DNA from: Mytilus californianus
Taxonomy: Eukaryota
DNA length: 64,000 nt
Reading direction: 5' to 3'
Assembly: GCF_021869535.1 (NCBI RefSeq)
Contig: NW_026262695.1
Location: forward strand, 1,736,001 to 1,800,000
In this document: piece after piece, positions 13,101 through 26,800 of the stretch
How positions within the stretch are numbered: position 1 is the stretch's first letter
Layout of the letters: each line of letters starts with the position of its first letter
Position numbers and translations under genes: made by a program
Notes under the pieces: model-generated
What the model saw: only the letters and a program-made list of their open reading frames with translations
Databases searched by the model: none
Told to the model about the DNA's origin: nothing

Positions 13101-16100
13101 CATATTCCTGACTTGTTACGTGCATTTCCTTCTTTAGAAAATGGTGGATTTAACCTGGTTTTATAGTAAACTAAACCTGTCACATGTATGACAGTCGCAT
13201 AGAATTCCATTATATTGACAACAATGTGTGAGCAAAACAAACAGACATAATAGGTAAAAATATTAAAAATTGACTACAGGTACCCAATGAAACAGAAAAG
13301 AAGAAAATATGCTATCAGGATAGTCAAAATCTTTGTAAAGCAACAGATGGATATATATTGAGTAGTCAATACCTGTATGTATTTTTGATGCATAATGCTT
13401 TTTTATTAGCACTTATTTGCTTTTCTTTTTTTTGGCATACCTAATTTTGTTGGAATGCCTAATTTTACTTTCCGGATCACCTTATTAACTTAACATTAGA
13501 ATTGATATTATTTTGAATTTTGAAATTTCAGTGGCCAGATCATATCAAACCTGCTTTTTTTGTAATTACAAAAAAGTAAATATATATGTTTACTTCGTAA
13601 CTGCTATATAGAAACATGTATTCTGTAATTTGTTTTTCTCATAAAATAAAAAAAAAAACACACAAACGTAGATGTGAACACAATGTTATATACATTTGTT
13701 TTCATAATACCTTGTTTTCGCCATCGCCCCTTTATTTTGGTTACACAAGATGCACTTGGGTTGAACTCCTTCGGAACAGGGTCTGCAAATCCAATCTTCA
13801 TCAGGAATGTCTGGTATGTAATAGCATCCCTTAAGAAGAAAGACAAAGTAAGGAAAATAACAAGAGCCAAGTTGAAGATTCCGAATATTTGTGTATTCAA
13901 TTCCAAGATGAAGATAAACAAATGACTAATATCAAAATATTAACATGTCTAAAAAACGTCAGTTTCACATAATAAGATTACACAGAATTATACTATTAAG
14001 GTCGTGTAAAATCTATAATAGTTAAATAGATGTCTATTACAACACGTATAAGTTCTATACAATCGTTTTTAAAAGTAAAACAGTGAGAGCGGTCGTTCCA
14101 TGGTGCATTTTTGTAAAAGCCTCATGTGACTTTGAGAATAAAAAAAATAATATTGTATTTCCTTTATGGTTTCGTTAAGTGCATGCATGAATGTCGGACC
14201 ATGAAATAATATACCAGATTTTCTCTCTTTTTCAAAACATTGACAAATTTTGCCCTGTTGATTGGCCAAAGAAAGTTATTCCGTGCTTCATGTGCTACTG
14301 TCAAGTATGTAAACTAATGACGTATTTATTCTTGTGATAACTTTTCTTATTTGAATTACATCACTCGTTCATGGTTTGGTTTGTTCGTTTATCAAAAAAG
14401 TAACATGCATATATATTGTATGTTATTCAGGTCTCAGACAGGGTACATAATGTGACATTCCCGGCTTAGAGTTTATATTCCCTGAGCCGAAGGCGAAGGG
14501 GATATAAACCCTAAGCCGGGAATGTCACATTATATACCCTGTTTGAAACCTGAATTACACATATACTACGGATTACCCCTGCCTTTATGTTTTTTCCAGT
14601 ACCAAATATTTATTAAACATTAACATGCAGTATAAATATTTTCCGCATATGTGAAGGATTATGTAATTTGCTGTAAAAATAATTATATCGTAAAATTGAG
14701 AATGGAAATGGGGAATGTGTCAAAGAGACAACAACCCGACAACAGCCGAAGGCCACCAATGGGTCTTCAATGCAGCGAGAAACGCCTGCACCCGGAGGCG
14801 TCCTTCAGCTGGCCCCTAAACAAATATGTAAACTAGTTCAGTGATAATGGACGTCATACTAAACTCCAAATTATACACAAAAAACTAATATTGTATGCAA
14901 TAATTTGTAATAACACTTTGTGACATTAATTAAATATTTGGTGTGTAAATCGCGTGATTTCAAATTAAAAACGTATTATTGGCGGATATCCGTCATTATT
15001 TTCCCTCTGTGAGCCTCTGACGTTCTTTAAGTGTTCTGTGTAGCGACTACGTCGCATAGTAACGTTCGTTATGATGACGTTGTTGAGGTTCCAATTTGGG
15101 TAAAAATTGTCGTATATACCCCGGCAGTTTCCTGAATATATACTGACATCTCTGTGATGTTATCTAATCACACAAATCGACACATTTGTAATTCGTAATA
15201 AATTCAATAAAAGTCTATCCTAAATTGAGGTAAATTGTTGGGCTTTCCAAATACCGTTTCGATTCCTAACATCACTGAAGAGATATTATTTGTCGAAATC
15301 CGGATAAGGTGTACAAAAAACGTTGCACATTTTATTGCGGTATATCATCTTTTCCGACTTTATTGTTTTCTGTTTAGTATTAAATTTAAAATTAAGATCC
15401 ATTTATTACATCGGTGATCCGTTTATTTGGCAATCACCAATGGCAGTCAGAAGGGTATAAGAACATTTGCTGTTCGACCTGTTAGTCAAATGCGTTTTGT
15501 TAAAATATAATTTTTCACTTTTTTAGTCTTTTGGAAAATGTTGTTTGTGCTGTATATAGACCCCTCTAACAAGAAATTTGTTTTGCAGCACACGTAAAAA
15601 AATTTCGGTTTTTATCCAACGCAATCATAGGTTTAAACGTTGTTTTCAATTTAGACTTGTTTATATTTTTTCGTTTGGGATTGTATCATATTTGCCTTAG
15701 GGTTTATATGATCCGTTCATCCTATTTTGACTCCTCCAAATGCAAGAGTCTATCCTAAATTGAGGTAAATTGTTGGGCTTTCCAAATACCGTTTCGATTC
15801 CTAACATCACTGAAGAGACATTATTTGTCGAAATCCGGATAAGGTGTACAAAAAACTTTGCACCTTTTGTTTGCGGTATATCATCTTTTCCGATTTTATT
15901 ATTTTCTGTTTAGTATTAAATTGATAATTAAGATCCATTTATTACATCGGTGATCCGCTTATTTGGCAATCGCCAATGACAGTCAGCAGGATTTAAGAAC
16001 ATTTGTTGTTCGACCAGTTAGTCAAATGCGTTTTGTTAAAATATACTTTTTCACTTTTTTGGTCTTTTGGAAAATGTTGTTTGTGCTGTATATAGACCCC

Positions 16101-17802
16101 TCTAACAAGAAATTTCTTTTGCAGCACACGTAAAAAAAATTGCGGTTTTTATCCAACGCAATCATAGGTTTGAACGTTGTTTTCAATTTAGACTTGTTTA
16201 TATTTTTTCGTTTGGGATTGTATCATATTTGCTTTAGGGTTTATATGATCCGTTCATCCTATTTTGACTCCTCCAAATGCAAGAGTCTATCCTAAATTGA
16301 GGTAAATTGTTGGGCTTTCCAAATACCGTTTCGATTCCTAACATCACTGAAGAGACATTATTTGTCGAACTCCGGATAAGGTGTACAAAAAACTTTGCAC
16401 CTTTTGTTTGCGGTATATCATCTTTTCCGACTTTATTGTTTTTTGTTTAGTATCAAATTTAAAATTAAGATCCATTTATTACATCGGTGATCCGTTTAAT
16501 TGGCAATCGCCAATGGCAGTCAGAAGGGTTTAAGAACATTTGTTGTTCGACCTGTTAGTCAAATGCGTTTTGTTAAAATATACTTTTTCACTTTTTTGGT
16601 CTTTTGGAAAATGTTGTTTGTGCTGTAAATAGACCCCTCTAACAAGAAATTTGTTTTGCAACACACGTAAAAAAATTGCGGTTTTTATCCAACGCAATCA
16701 TAGGTTTAAACGTTGTTTTCAATTTAGACTTGTTTATATTTTTTCGTTTGGGATGGTATCATATTTGCCTTAGGGTTTATATGATCCGTTCATCTTATTT
16801 TGACTCCTCAAAATTCAAGAGTCTATCCTAAATTGAGGTAAATTGTTGGGCTTTCCAAATACCGTTGCGATTCCTAACATCACTGAAGAGACATTATTTG
16901 TCGAAATCCGGATATGGTGAACAAAAATTTTGCACCTTTCGTTTGCAATATATCATCTTTTCCGACTTTATTATTTTCTGTTTAGTATTAAATTTAAAAT
17001 TAAGATCCATTTATTACATCGGTGATCCGTTTATTTGGCTATTGCCAATGGCAGTCAGAAGGGTTTAAGAACATTTGTTGTTCGACCTGTTAGTCAAATG
17101 CGTTTTGTTAAAATATACTTTTTCACTTTTTTGGTCTTTTGGAAAATGTTGTTTGTGCTGTATTTAGACCCCTCTTACAAGAAATTTCTTTTGAAGCACA
17201 CGTAAAAAAATTGCGGTTTTTATCCAACGCAATCATAGGTTTGAACGTTGTTTTCAATTTAGACTTGTTTATATTTTTTCGTTTGGGATTGTATCATATT
17301 TGCCTTAGGGTTGATATGATCCGTTCATCCTATTTTGACTCCTCCAAATGCAAGAGTCTATCCTAAATTGAGGTAAATTGTTGGGCTTTCCAAATACCGT
17401 TTCGATTCCTAACATCACTGAAGAGACATTATTTGTCGAACTCCGGATAAGGTGTACAAAAAACTGTGCACCTTTTGTTTGCGGTATATCATCTTTTCCG
17501 ACTTTATTGTTTTCTGTTTAGTATTAAATTTAAAATTAAGATCCATTTATTACATCGGTGATCCGTTTATTTGGCAATCGCCAATGGCAGTCAGAAGGGT
17601 TTAAGAACATTTGTTGTTCGACCTGTTAGTCAAATGCGTTTTGTTAAAATATACTTTTTCACTTTTTTGGTCTTTTGGAAAATGTTGTTTGTGCTGTAAA
17701 TAGACCCCTCTAACAAGAAATTTCTTTTGCAGCACACGTATAAAAATTGCGGTTTTTATCCAACGCAATCATAGGTTTGAACGTTGTTTTCAATTTAGAC
17801 TT

Positions 17803-17842
<40 letters not shown>

Positions 17843-20800
17843 AATGACTGAATAATAGCCAACGATAAATCTTTCGGGGCGATGGATCATATAATTATGA
17901 TACAGTACACTACAAAATATAATATATAACCAGTCTAAATGGGTACAACATCACCAAAAAATAACAATAAAATGAACAAATGTAACTATATTGTACCCTG
18001 TTAGACTGGTTATATATATGTACTCCCTCTGTATCAATAATCCGTATGATATGTTGTGTCTCGTTGGTGTGAAATGAATGTATCTAAATGATTATGATAT
18101 AACGGTAAATTATATAATATAACAATGACAGTATTTGTTAGATTTGTTTTTCCATTTAATTATGGTATTTGTTAATTTATTGCTGTGTCTGTTGTCAATG
18201 CACATGTGTCAGTTTATCGAGACATTGCAAAGAACTTCAATCATATTAATGATAGGGACTGACTTGACCTTGCAGTAAGATGCAATTTTTTATCCGTATG
18301 AAAGACCTGATTGTGACTTTGCAAGGAATGACAACAATCGGAGCACGGTTCCGGTTATTTAGGTTTATTTAAGTGCGTGTAGAAATTTTGTTTCATGAAA
18401 TAATACAGCATAATCCTTCGTTTCCATATATCGATAATAGGAATTCAGAGCAAGGTACATCAAAAACAGTTAACAACAGTTGACTGTTTGGTGTTAGTGA
18501 AATGACCTGTTCGGTTTTTATGCTATCAAATATTTTACATTTTGGATTTTTTAAACGTTTGACAACGAGCGTATAAGATAGATGATATACCACAAACACG
18601 TGTTGTGAGTTTGAAAATCCCATTAAATTAATTTGATACATTTAAAGAAGGAACGCTTGCTCTTTTCTACAGTTATTGTGACTGTTATATAGCTCTTCAA
18701 TTGTTTCGGTTCTTATACATCATTGGCTTTCAAATATTCAGCTTTGAGCGTTCCTGATGAAAAACACTGCAGAAAATTGCTTCGGAAGTGTTGTTTTCAT
18801 TTTATTACGACAATGGGTCGACACCTCTGCTGTTGAGGGAGTCATTAGCTTAGTAGTCAGTACTGACATGAAGTATATATAACAAACATTTCTGAAATTG
18901 TCCGTTTAGTAAATTTTGAAATTATTAAGAAACTAAGGTGTCAACTTCCTCAGGCAAAGTTGACTTTAGATGAATTTGGTTTTTAATGTCCTTTTTGGTC
19001 ATTTTACCCTCCAACTGTTTCGGTTCTTTTACATCCTTTGCTTTGAAATATTCAGCTTTGAGCGTTTCTGATGAAGGTAAATCCAGAAAAGCGCTTCGGA
19101 CGAATGAAGTGTTGTGTTCATGTTTTCTTATTTATTCATTCAATATTGTATTACTTACCTGGTGAACTAGAACTTCACACATTCCACAGTAAACCAACTC
19201 GTTGTTATCTTCCTTTTCTTTCTAAAATCAGTTACAGTTCAATTCAAAATAGCATATATTTACAAATATGAAGTTATTCTTGAAATCAAGGTAAGAAAAA
19301 TTACAGCCTTATTATGATTGACTAAAAGGATATTTGGGGTATACTTCACTGATACAGCAACCTAAAGACAACAAAATAACCAAAAGACATATAGAATGAA
19401 ACATACAGTCTGTAGCAATTTTTCTAAATAAATTCATAGCTTTAAATTCAACAGAGTCTGATAATGATTGCTCTAGAAACAAAGAGAATGTTTACATGCA
19501 AATAAAAGTCGCCGTAAGACCTTTAACGTTAAACAAAACCCTTATCGTTTAGTAAGCAATGAACGAACGGTATTACAAAATGTGACTAATACAATCTACT
19601 AAGACTATGATTTGAAATTTTAGAACTGGGTAGTTGTAGAAAACAATAGACTATCAAACATATACTATCAATACCAAATTCGCAAAATAACAAAAAACAT
19701 TAGGCTTGACAAAAAAGTCACTAACAAGGTTCCTGACTCTGGATAGGCACATGGACATGAGGGGGTGAAACTATGTTATAAACTTACGCCTCCACAAACA
19801 TCACAAGGATCATCCGTGATTGACTCTATATCCTCTGTCTGTTCCTGGTGATCTGCTGTAAATTCTAAATGTAAGTGTAAATGTACGTGTAAACTTGTCA
19901 ATTCTTTCATTATCACAAATTACTTAAAACCTTTAATACATTATTTCATCCATACAAAGTTTTGTTTGAAGTTTTCATGTACCTGTTCAAAACCTTTAAC
20001 AAACGGGATTTCACATTCTAGTTTTTACGCTGATGTTGCTTATAATTCAGAAACGGTCCATGTAAACTTGTTGATCCTTTCAATAAATGTATTCTTAAAT
20101 AAAATTGAGAATGAAAATGAGGAATATGTCAAAGAGACAGCAACCCGACCAAAGAGCAGAAAACAGTTATCAAGGTTATCAAATTAACATTGTTAGATCT
20201 TTCAATACTGACTTTATTAGTACTAACAATGCTTTTAACTTTAATAGTTTGATACATAAATGAACGTTCATTGCTATCCAGTGTTGTGATCTTACAGCAT
20301 GTAGATACATTTATTTTAGCTTTTCATAGAATAATCAGGAATTTTTAAACGAAATAGGTTGGAGGTATACTGCTGGATATCTGGGAATACTTGATTTATT
20401 TATTACTTGAAGTTCGATAGTGAAAAGCTTTAAGTATCTGCAAGTATCTGATGAGTCAAGCACTTTGAAACTGATTTTATAGTATATCCCTTACGTTGGG
20501 CTATTAAACTGTCCAAGAAAAGGGAGAGAGTTGAGTGCTCAAAAACATAGTTCACCCGGCCACATTGTTAATATGTATGTGCCCGTCCAAGATAAGTCTG
20601 AGAATCTGAAATCAAGTGGTTGTCGTTGGTTGCTATCTATCATATCTGTTTTAGCAAAAATCACGCCGTGGTGTTTCTCTTTTGAATTGTTTCACATTTT
20701 TTTCATGCCAAGGCTTACTGCGTGGTACGGGTTGTGCTCTATTTTGAAGGCCATACGATGGACTGTAGGTGATTACATTATCGTCATGTGGTCTCTGGTA

Positions 20801-23800
20801 TATAGTTGACTATTTGGCAATCGAACCACATGTAACTTATTTTCATATAAGTAAATGGGAGAATTCTTAAAATGTTATTCAATTGTTATTGAGAAAGAAA
20901 ATCCACAACAATAAAAACTGCAAGTCAAGATAGATGTTGGATAAATTAAACTGACAATGAACACCAAATTACTAAAAGAACAAAACTATTTAGACAAAAA
21001 TAAAAGAACTCGTGACGAAGTTATTTTAAATCCAAGTTTTCCTCTGGTGTCAGGACAACCATTTTTGCAGATTCTGATCTAATAGAGAAAAGAATATGTA
21101 AGGTATGGACTGTTAATGACGTCTGTACACTAAATCCATTGGATACTAGATGTTTACTGGTTGATATATTAGTCTTAGATACATTATTTTTATTGGCTTC
21201 GAACTGGCGTTCGATGACTGCGGTTGCTCTCAGGTATGTTTTTTTGTGGTTTTGTTAGGGTTTTTTTGTCATTTGTACTGATCGGATAAGTTGAGCCCTT
21301 TTCAACTGATTTTTATAGTTTGTTCGATGTTGAACTGTTACACAACTCTCCCAGGTAAGGAGGAGGGTTTGGCGCCAACAAACATGTTAATCCCGCCACA
21401 TTCTGTATGTGCCTGTCCCAAGTCAGGAGCCTGTAATTCAGTGGTTGTCATGTGTTGCTGTTTATCGTATTTGTTTTTCGTCGTATTGTTTTGTAGGTAA
21501 ATCATGCTGCTATTGTTTTCGTTTGAATTGTTTTACATTTGTCATTTTGGGACCTTTTTACATTTATAGCTTACTATGTGGTATGGGTTTTGCTCATTGT
21601 TGAAGGCCGGATAATTGTTATCTTCTACGTCATTTGGTCTTATTGGAAATCATCCTACATCTTCTTATTTTTATATTAAAGTAGTTTCCTTGAGATTTAA
21701 CAAATGAAATATTCGTTTTATCTCGATCAGTGGAACACCAACATACACATAATAAATATGCAATAAAAGTACTCAAACTATGTAAAGTGAAATCATACCG
21801 TTCTTTGCATAAATATCGGGGGCGTTACTTAAAGTTACGTTTCATGAAGCAACGTAACAAAATATAATGAATTTTTAATCTTAGATCATCTGAAAATCTT
21901 ACCATTTTTGCTTTGAATAAAATAATTAATATCTGCAAATCATTTTGTTCTCATAATTCTATATATAGTATGTTGTCATTCTTCACAAAGTGTGGAATAA
22001 CATCGATGTCTACGTGGTAACGGCTTATGCGTTTCAACAGTGTTTTAATAAATGAAAACAACACATTATGAATGTCATGCTACAAAAAATAAAGGCAACA
22101 GTAGTATACCGCTGTTCAAAAGTCATAAATCGATTGAGAGAAAAAAATCCGGGTTTCGAACTAAAACCGAGGGAAACACTTCAACAAAGCGCTTTTCTGG
22201 ATTTACCTTCATCAGGAACGCCTAAAACCGAATATTTGAAAGCCAAGGATATCTAAGAACCGAAAAAGTTTAAGAGCTATATGACCAAAAAGGACATAAA
22301 AAATAGCCAAATCCATCTAAGGTCAGCTTTGCTAGAGGGAGTTGAAACCTTAGATTCTTTATAATTCAAAAAATTATAAACGGATAATTTTAGAAAGGTT
22401 TATTATAAATCATGTCATTACCGAAGTACTGACTACTGAGCTGATCATACCCTCGGGGACTGATAGTCCACCAGCAGAGGTATAAACCCAGTGCTGTAAA
22501 AAAATTAAAACAACACGTTATGAATCTTATGCGTCCAAAGCGCTTTTCTGGATTTACCTTTCAAATATACAGAAAAATAAAAGTGGAAAAATATTAAACT
22601 TTTGCTGAATTACTAATACAAACGGAACTACCTTTAATGAGTAGGTCCTCTTCCTCTGTCTTAACGTATATTGGGGGTGGTTCTAGAAATAAATACATCT
22701 GATATAATATTGTAGTTGTAAGAGAAAATTAATCAAAATTTAATTAATCCAAGAGGAAATCAAAAACCTTGATTAAAAAAGTAGTATGAAAATATATTTA
22801 TTGATATATATTGAATAAGTTAAATTACTAATTTTTATGTAAACACGACAAGATACGGCAAGAAAAATATTGTTTTGTTACAATACAAGATGGTTGATTA
22901 TTCCAAATAATACAATTCCAATTTGAACTAGAAAAAGAAAAAAAAAATATATTTTTTACCTTGAAATTCATTCTTGGTGCTGATCAGTCCTTGCAACACA
23001 CCTATAAAAAATAGTGTGCAAAAAGTGAATATTTAGACACCAGTATTATCGTCTGATATGTAATTTTACCGATTGTGTTCTATTTCTGATTGTGACATTT
23101 TGACTAAATGTGGATTTGCAACCCAAATTTTTTTGGTTTATTACAATATCAAAAATCATGAATTATTTTCGCAAATTTAATTTACATTATTTCAGGTTTT
23201 GTGTTACATTTTACGGTAGATTGAATAACATGCCCTGTATTTAATTACGCGTTAAGATGTTGATTTTCACGTTATTACTGTAGCGTAAAAAAATAATTCG
23301 GTAATGACAATTTTTATAATAGTATTAATTAAACAGATTAACAATGAGTCAGATGTATACGTCATTTATCAAGTTACTAAAATCATTTTTTAACTTTCTT
23401 TGATTTTTTCTAAAGAGGTCTTGGTTAAATTTAAAAACATTTTGATCACCATTGGTGACAACATCATACTGAAAATAAGCAAATAAAATAAACCCCTTGA
23501 AACACTTCAAATAATAACCAACCACAATATAATTGTAATTTTAATAAAACAAACAGTAAACTATAATGATTTTGTAGACAACTCCTTAACCTTATTGCTT
23601 TATGAACAATATTACTTAACGAATTGGTGTGAAATGCTACTTTTTCAACTTCCTGCATGTCGAATCATACACCCACAATGTTTTCAGTACTTTGTGATTA
23701 TTACGTTCCGGTGAAGTATAAATTGTATAAAAGTATTTGTTATGGTACGACAATGAAATGAAATACAATTTGGGAGTACAGTGATTACCGTGAGAACTTA

Positions 23801-26800
23801 TAATAGTAAGTCTACTAAGAAAAGACTACACGAAAATGTTGTCTATATATATCTGAATATATTGTTGATGATTGTTTTTTTATAAAATGGAATTTAGTTT
23901 GACCATTTTTAACTTAAGCTATAAACTGAGCTTCATAACAGCAAAGAAATACAAATGCGATTAGAGGGGCATATTTAGTAGATGTAGCATTTTAATTACA
24001 TTGTGGTTTACTTAATGGCCTAATTTCTTTCATTTGAAAATAAAAATTGTGTTTGTGTTATATTTTATTAGTGCAAAAGATATAGTTCAATATATACCAA
24101 AAAATGTCAAATAGACCTTTTCGTCAAAAAGAAAAAAAAAAACAACTGTGATAAGATTATTTGATAGTGTCTTATACACAGAAGGAAAGTCATACGATGC
24201 AAAATCAACGTCGAGAAGAAAATACACGACAGGGAGTTATGGAGGACATGTTGAGGGCATTTTTTGCACCAATGCACGAAAAAATTAAGTTAAAAAGTTA
24301 TTACTACATACCGTTATTAAAATAAGCTTTTGAGAGCGAGTTTCACACACACAAATAGCTATTGTTGGATATTTACAGGATGCAGATATAAAACAGATTT
24401 GTTTTATGTTTTGTATGTATTCAGTTAGCTATATCATTGTGGGAACTATGTGATGTTCAGTATTGTTTAACATATGGCAGTGTATTTATCAATTTTGAAT
24501 GTAAGAGAAGTAATTTCCCGATTTGATCTGTTATGTTAGAATTTATTAAACATCGTTTCAGTTAACCTAATAGTATGTATAAACTAAAAATAGCAGTGAC
24601 TGCTTTCTATTTTGAAAACAAAACCAGTAAAAGTGCTTGTCATTGCATGTGGCAAGCATCATGGGAATGTGGAATTGTCATTTTTTTACTTTTGTAATTT
24701 TAGTGGAATAGCCGTAGTCGCATACAGGTTCAGTTCAACATATCACAAATATATGTTGCAAATCAACACGTGTTCAAACCTGATATCCAGTATAAATGTT
24801 CATATGTTATTTTGAAATTTTTTTCGTTTTTTTCTTCTAGTAGTAAAGATTTACCAGTTTATTCTCGAAATATGTCTATCTTATTTCTCCTTTGTTTTGT
24901 TAAATTTACTGTGTTAAACTGATTTCATGTTCATTGTAGATGTATGCCTGTTTTACTAATGTTTCAGAATTTTTGAGATTCAAACATATTGAACACTTCG
25001 CGGCGTTAGTCAGTTTTCTCCCTTTCTTTTTTCAAAATGTTTAATATGCAAGACTTTTTTTTATTTTGATATTTATATATGATTACATAATTTAATATTA
25101 TATATATATTAGTAATATTAACGTCGTCATCATAGAATTAACCATTAAGGCAACAGTAGTATACCGCTGTTGCTTTAATGGTTAATTCTGTGATTTTAAT
25201 AGATTGAAAAAAAAACTAATCCGGGTAACAAACTAAAACTGAGGGAAACACATCAAATATAAGAGAACTACGACACAACAGAATCACAACATTAAATTGT
25301 AACACACACAGAAACGAACTATAATATAATAATGGCCATAGCCCCAATAAGATAAGAAACACATAAAAATTAAACCAATAAACAAAATAACCAAGGTATT
25401 ATATATTTTGAATATTAATCAAAGAAATTTATTTAGACATCAACACAATTTAGATACTGACACAAAATTTTAATGCAGCACTTTCGAGAAAACTTTCAGC
25501 TGTCTTGATCGAGTGGTATGGTGCACGAAATGAGAATATAACTGTGACTGAGATAAACGCACATAAGTTCGATTCTCACATGTGGCATTCGTTTTTGATA
25601 GGATACATTGCTAGTAGGATGAGGCTTAACATATGAAATAACTAAACTGGACGGTTGATTCTTGAAAAATTTCCTTCAGTTAGAACGATCAGAGAATTTG
25701 GTAAAGCATTTTTCGACACTGAAGGGCAGTTAAGCTTAACGTTTGGTCAGTCTGTAATTACATTCTTTCGTACACAAACAAACAGATTAAACGTCCTATT
25801 TTATTAAACGCAAAAATACGGATACAACAACAATAATATTGTTAACTTGAATTATCACATTTGACCGAAAACAGAATGAATTATGTTACTACGAAAATAA
25901 AATGAATTAGATCTGCAAAAAATACATGAATCAGACTTTCAAAGAGGGGAATTAAAATATAACACAACCAGGAAATTATATTATATAATAGGCCATACTG
26001 GATAATGAAAATTATATCATGAATGCGTTACTATAATTATTTATTTATTTATTCATTTATTATTCCTCACACTTATGTTGCCGTATAACATCATGAGCTT
26101 CGCCCTGCACTATGAGTTGCGGTCGCTGTCTACATTGTTATTAAAAAAATATTCCTTTGGCATGTTTGAGCTATTTGTAAATACTTAATGCACTCACCCA
26201 TGACATGTCGAATCTGTAAGTTATAGCTCCCCCTTTTAGACATAAGGTTTTGCATGATAAGAAGTTTTGAATTACATTGACCACATTTGAATTTGTTATG
26301 GCACTTTGGACATTCTACGATTTCTTCACTGTCTTTCTGGAGTATTTGTAAGTTTCCCTTCGTTTTTATTGCTCCTCTTATTTCTCTGGCATCTTCTATA
26401 TCTATATAAATATATATTGAAACAAATTGTTACAAATGTTTGACTAATCCCCAAAATGCCTTGATAAACCTGACGATGAAAAGTGATATACCCAACATGT
26501 CCTTTTTATTCCTATCGAAGTTAAATTTAACTTCAGTGAGAAAAGACGCAAATGTGATCACTTACTTTTTGAACATGTAAGAAATGAACTCGGACGTTAA
26601 CCTCAATACAAACCAATAAAGCCTCCAATGTAGGCCAGAATAGGATTTTTTTTACTGTCTTTAATGTATCCTTATATTTGTATAGGTCATGTACTATTTA
26701 AAATTACGATCTGAATCGCCATTTTGCATATTATGTCAAACCAATATATATATATAAAGTTCATAGTAACTTGTCTCTAATGACAGACTCACATAATCTC

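Noticed and set aside
13604-13921. 105-aa minus ORF (and overlapping plus ORFs 13616 and 13674) as standalone genes
   Set aside because: They overlap exon 11 in the wrong frame or strand. The PHD-encoding frame between the splice sites explains the region.
15213-17806. Tandem array as a CRISPR array or repeated gene
   Set aside because: The units are ~536 bp and wholly repeated with no unique spacers, there are no cas genes, the context is eukaryotic, and the small ORFs are not conserved between units.
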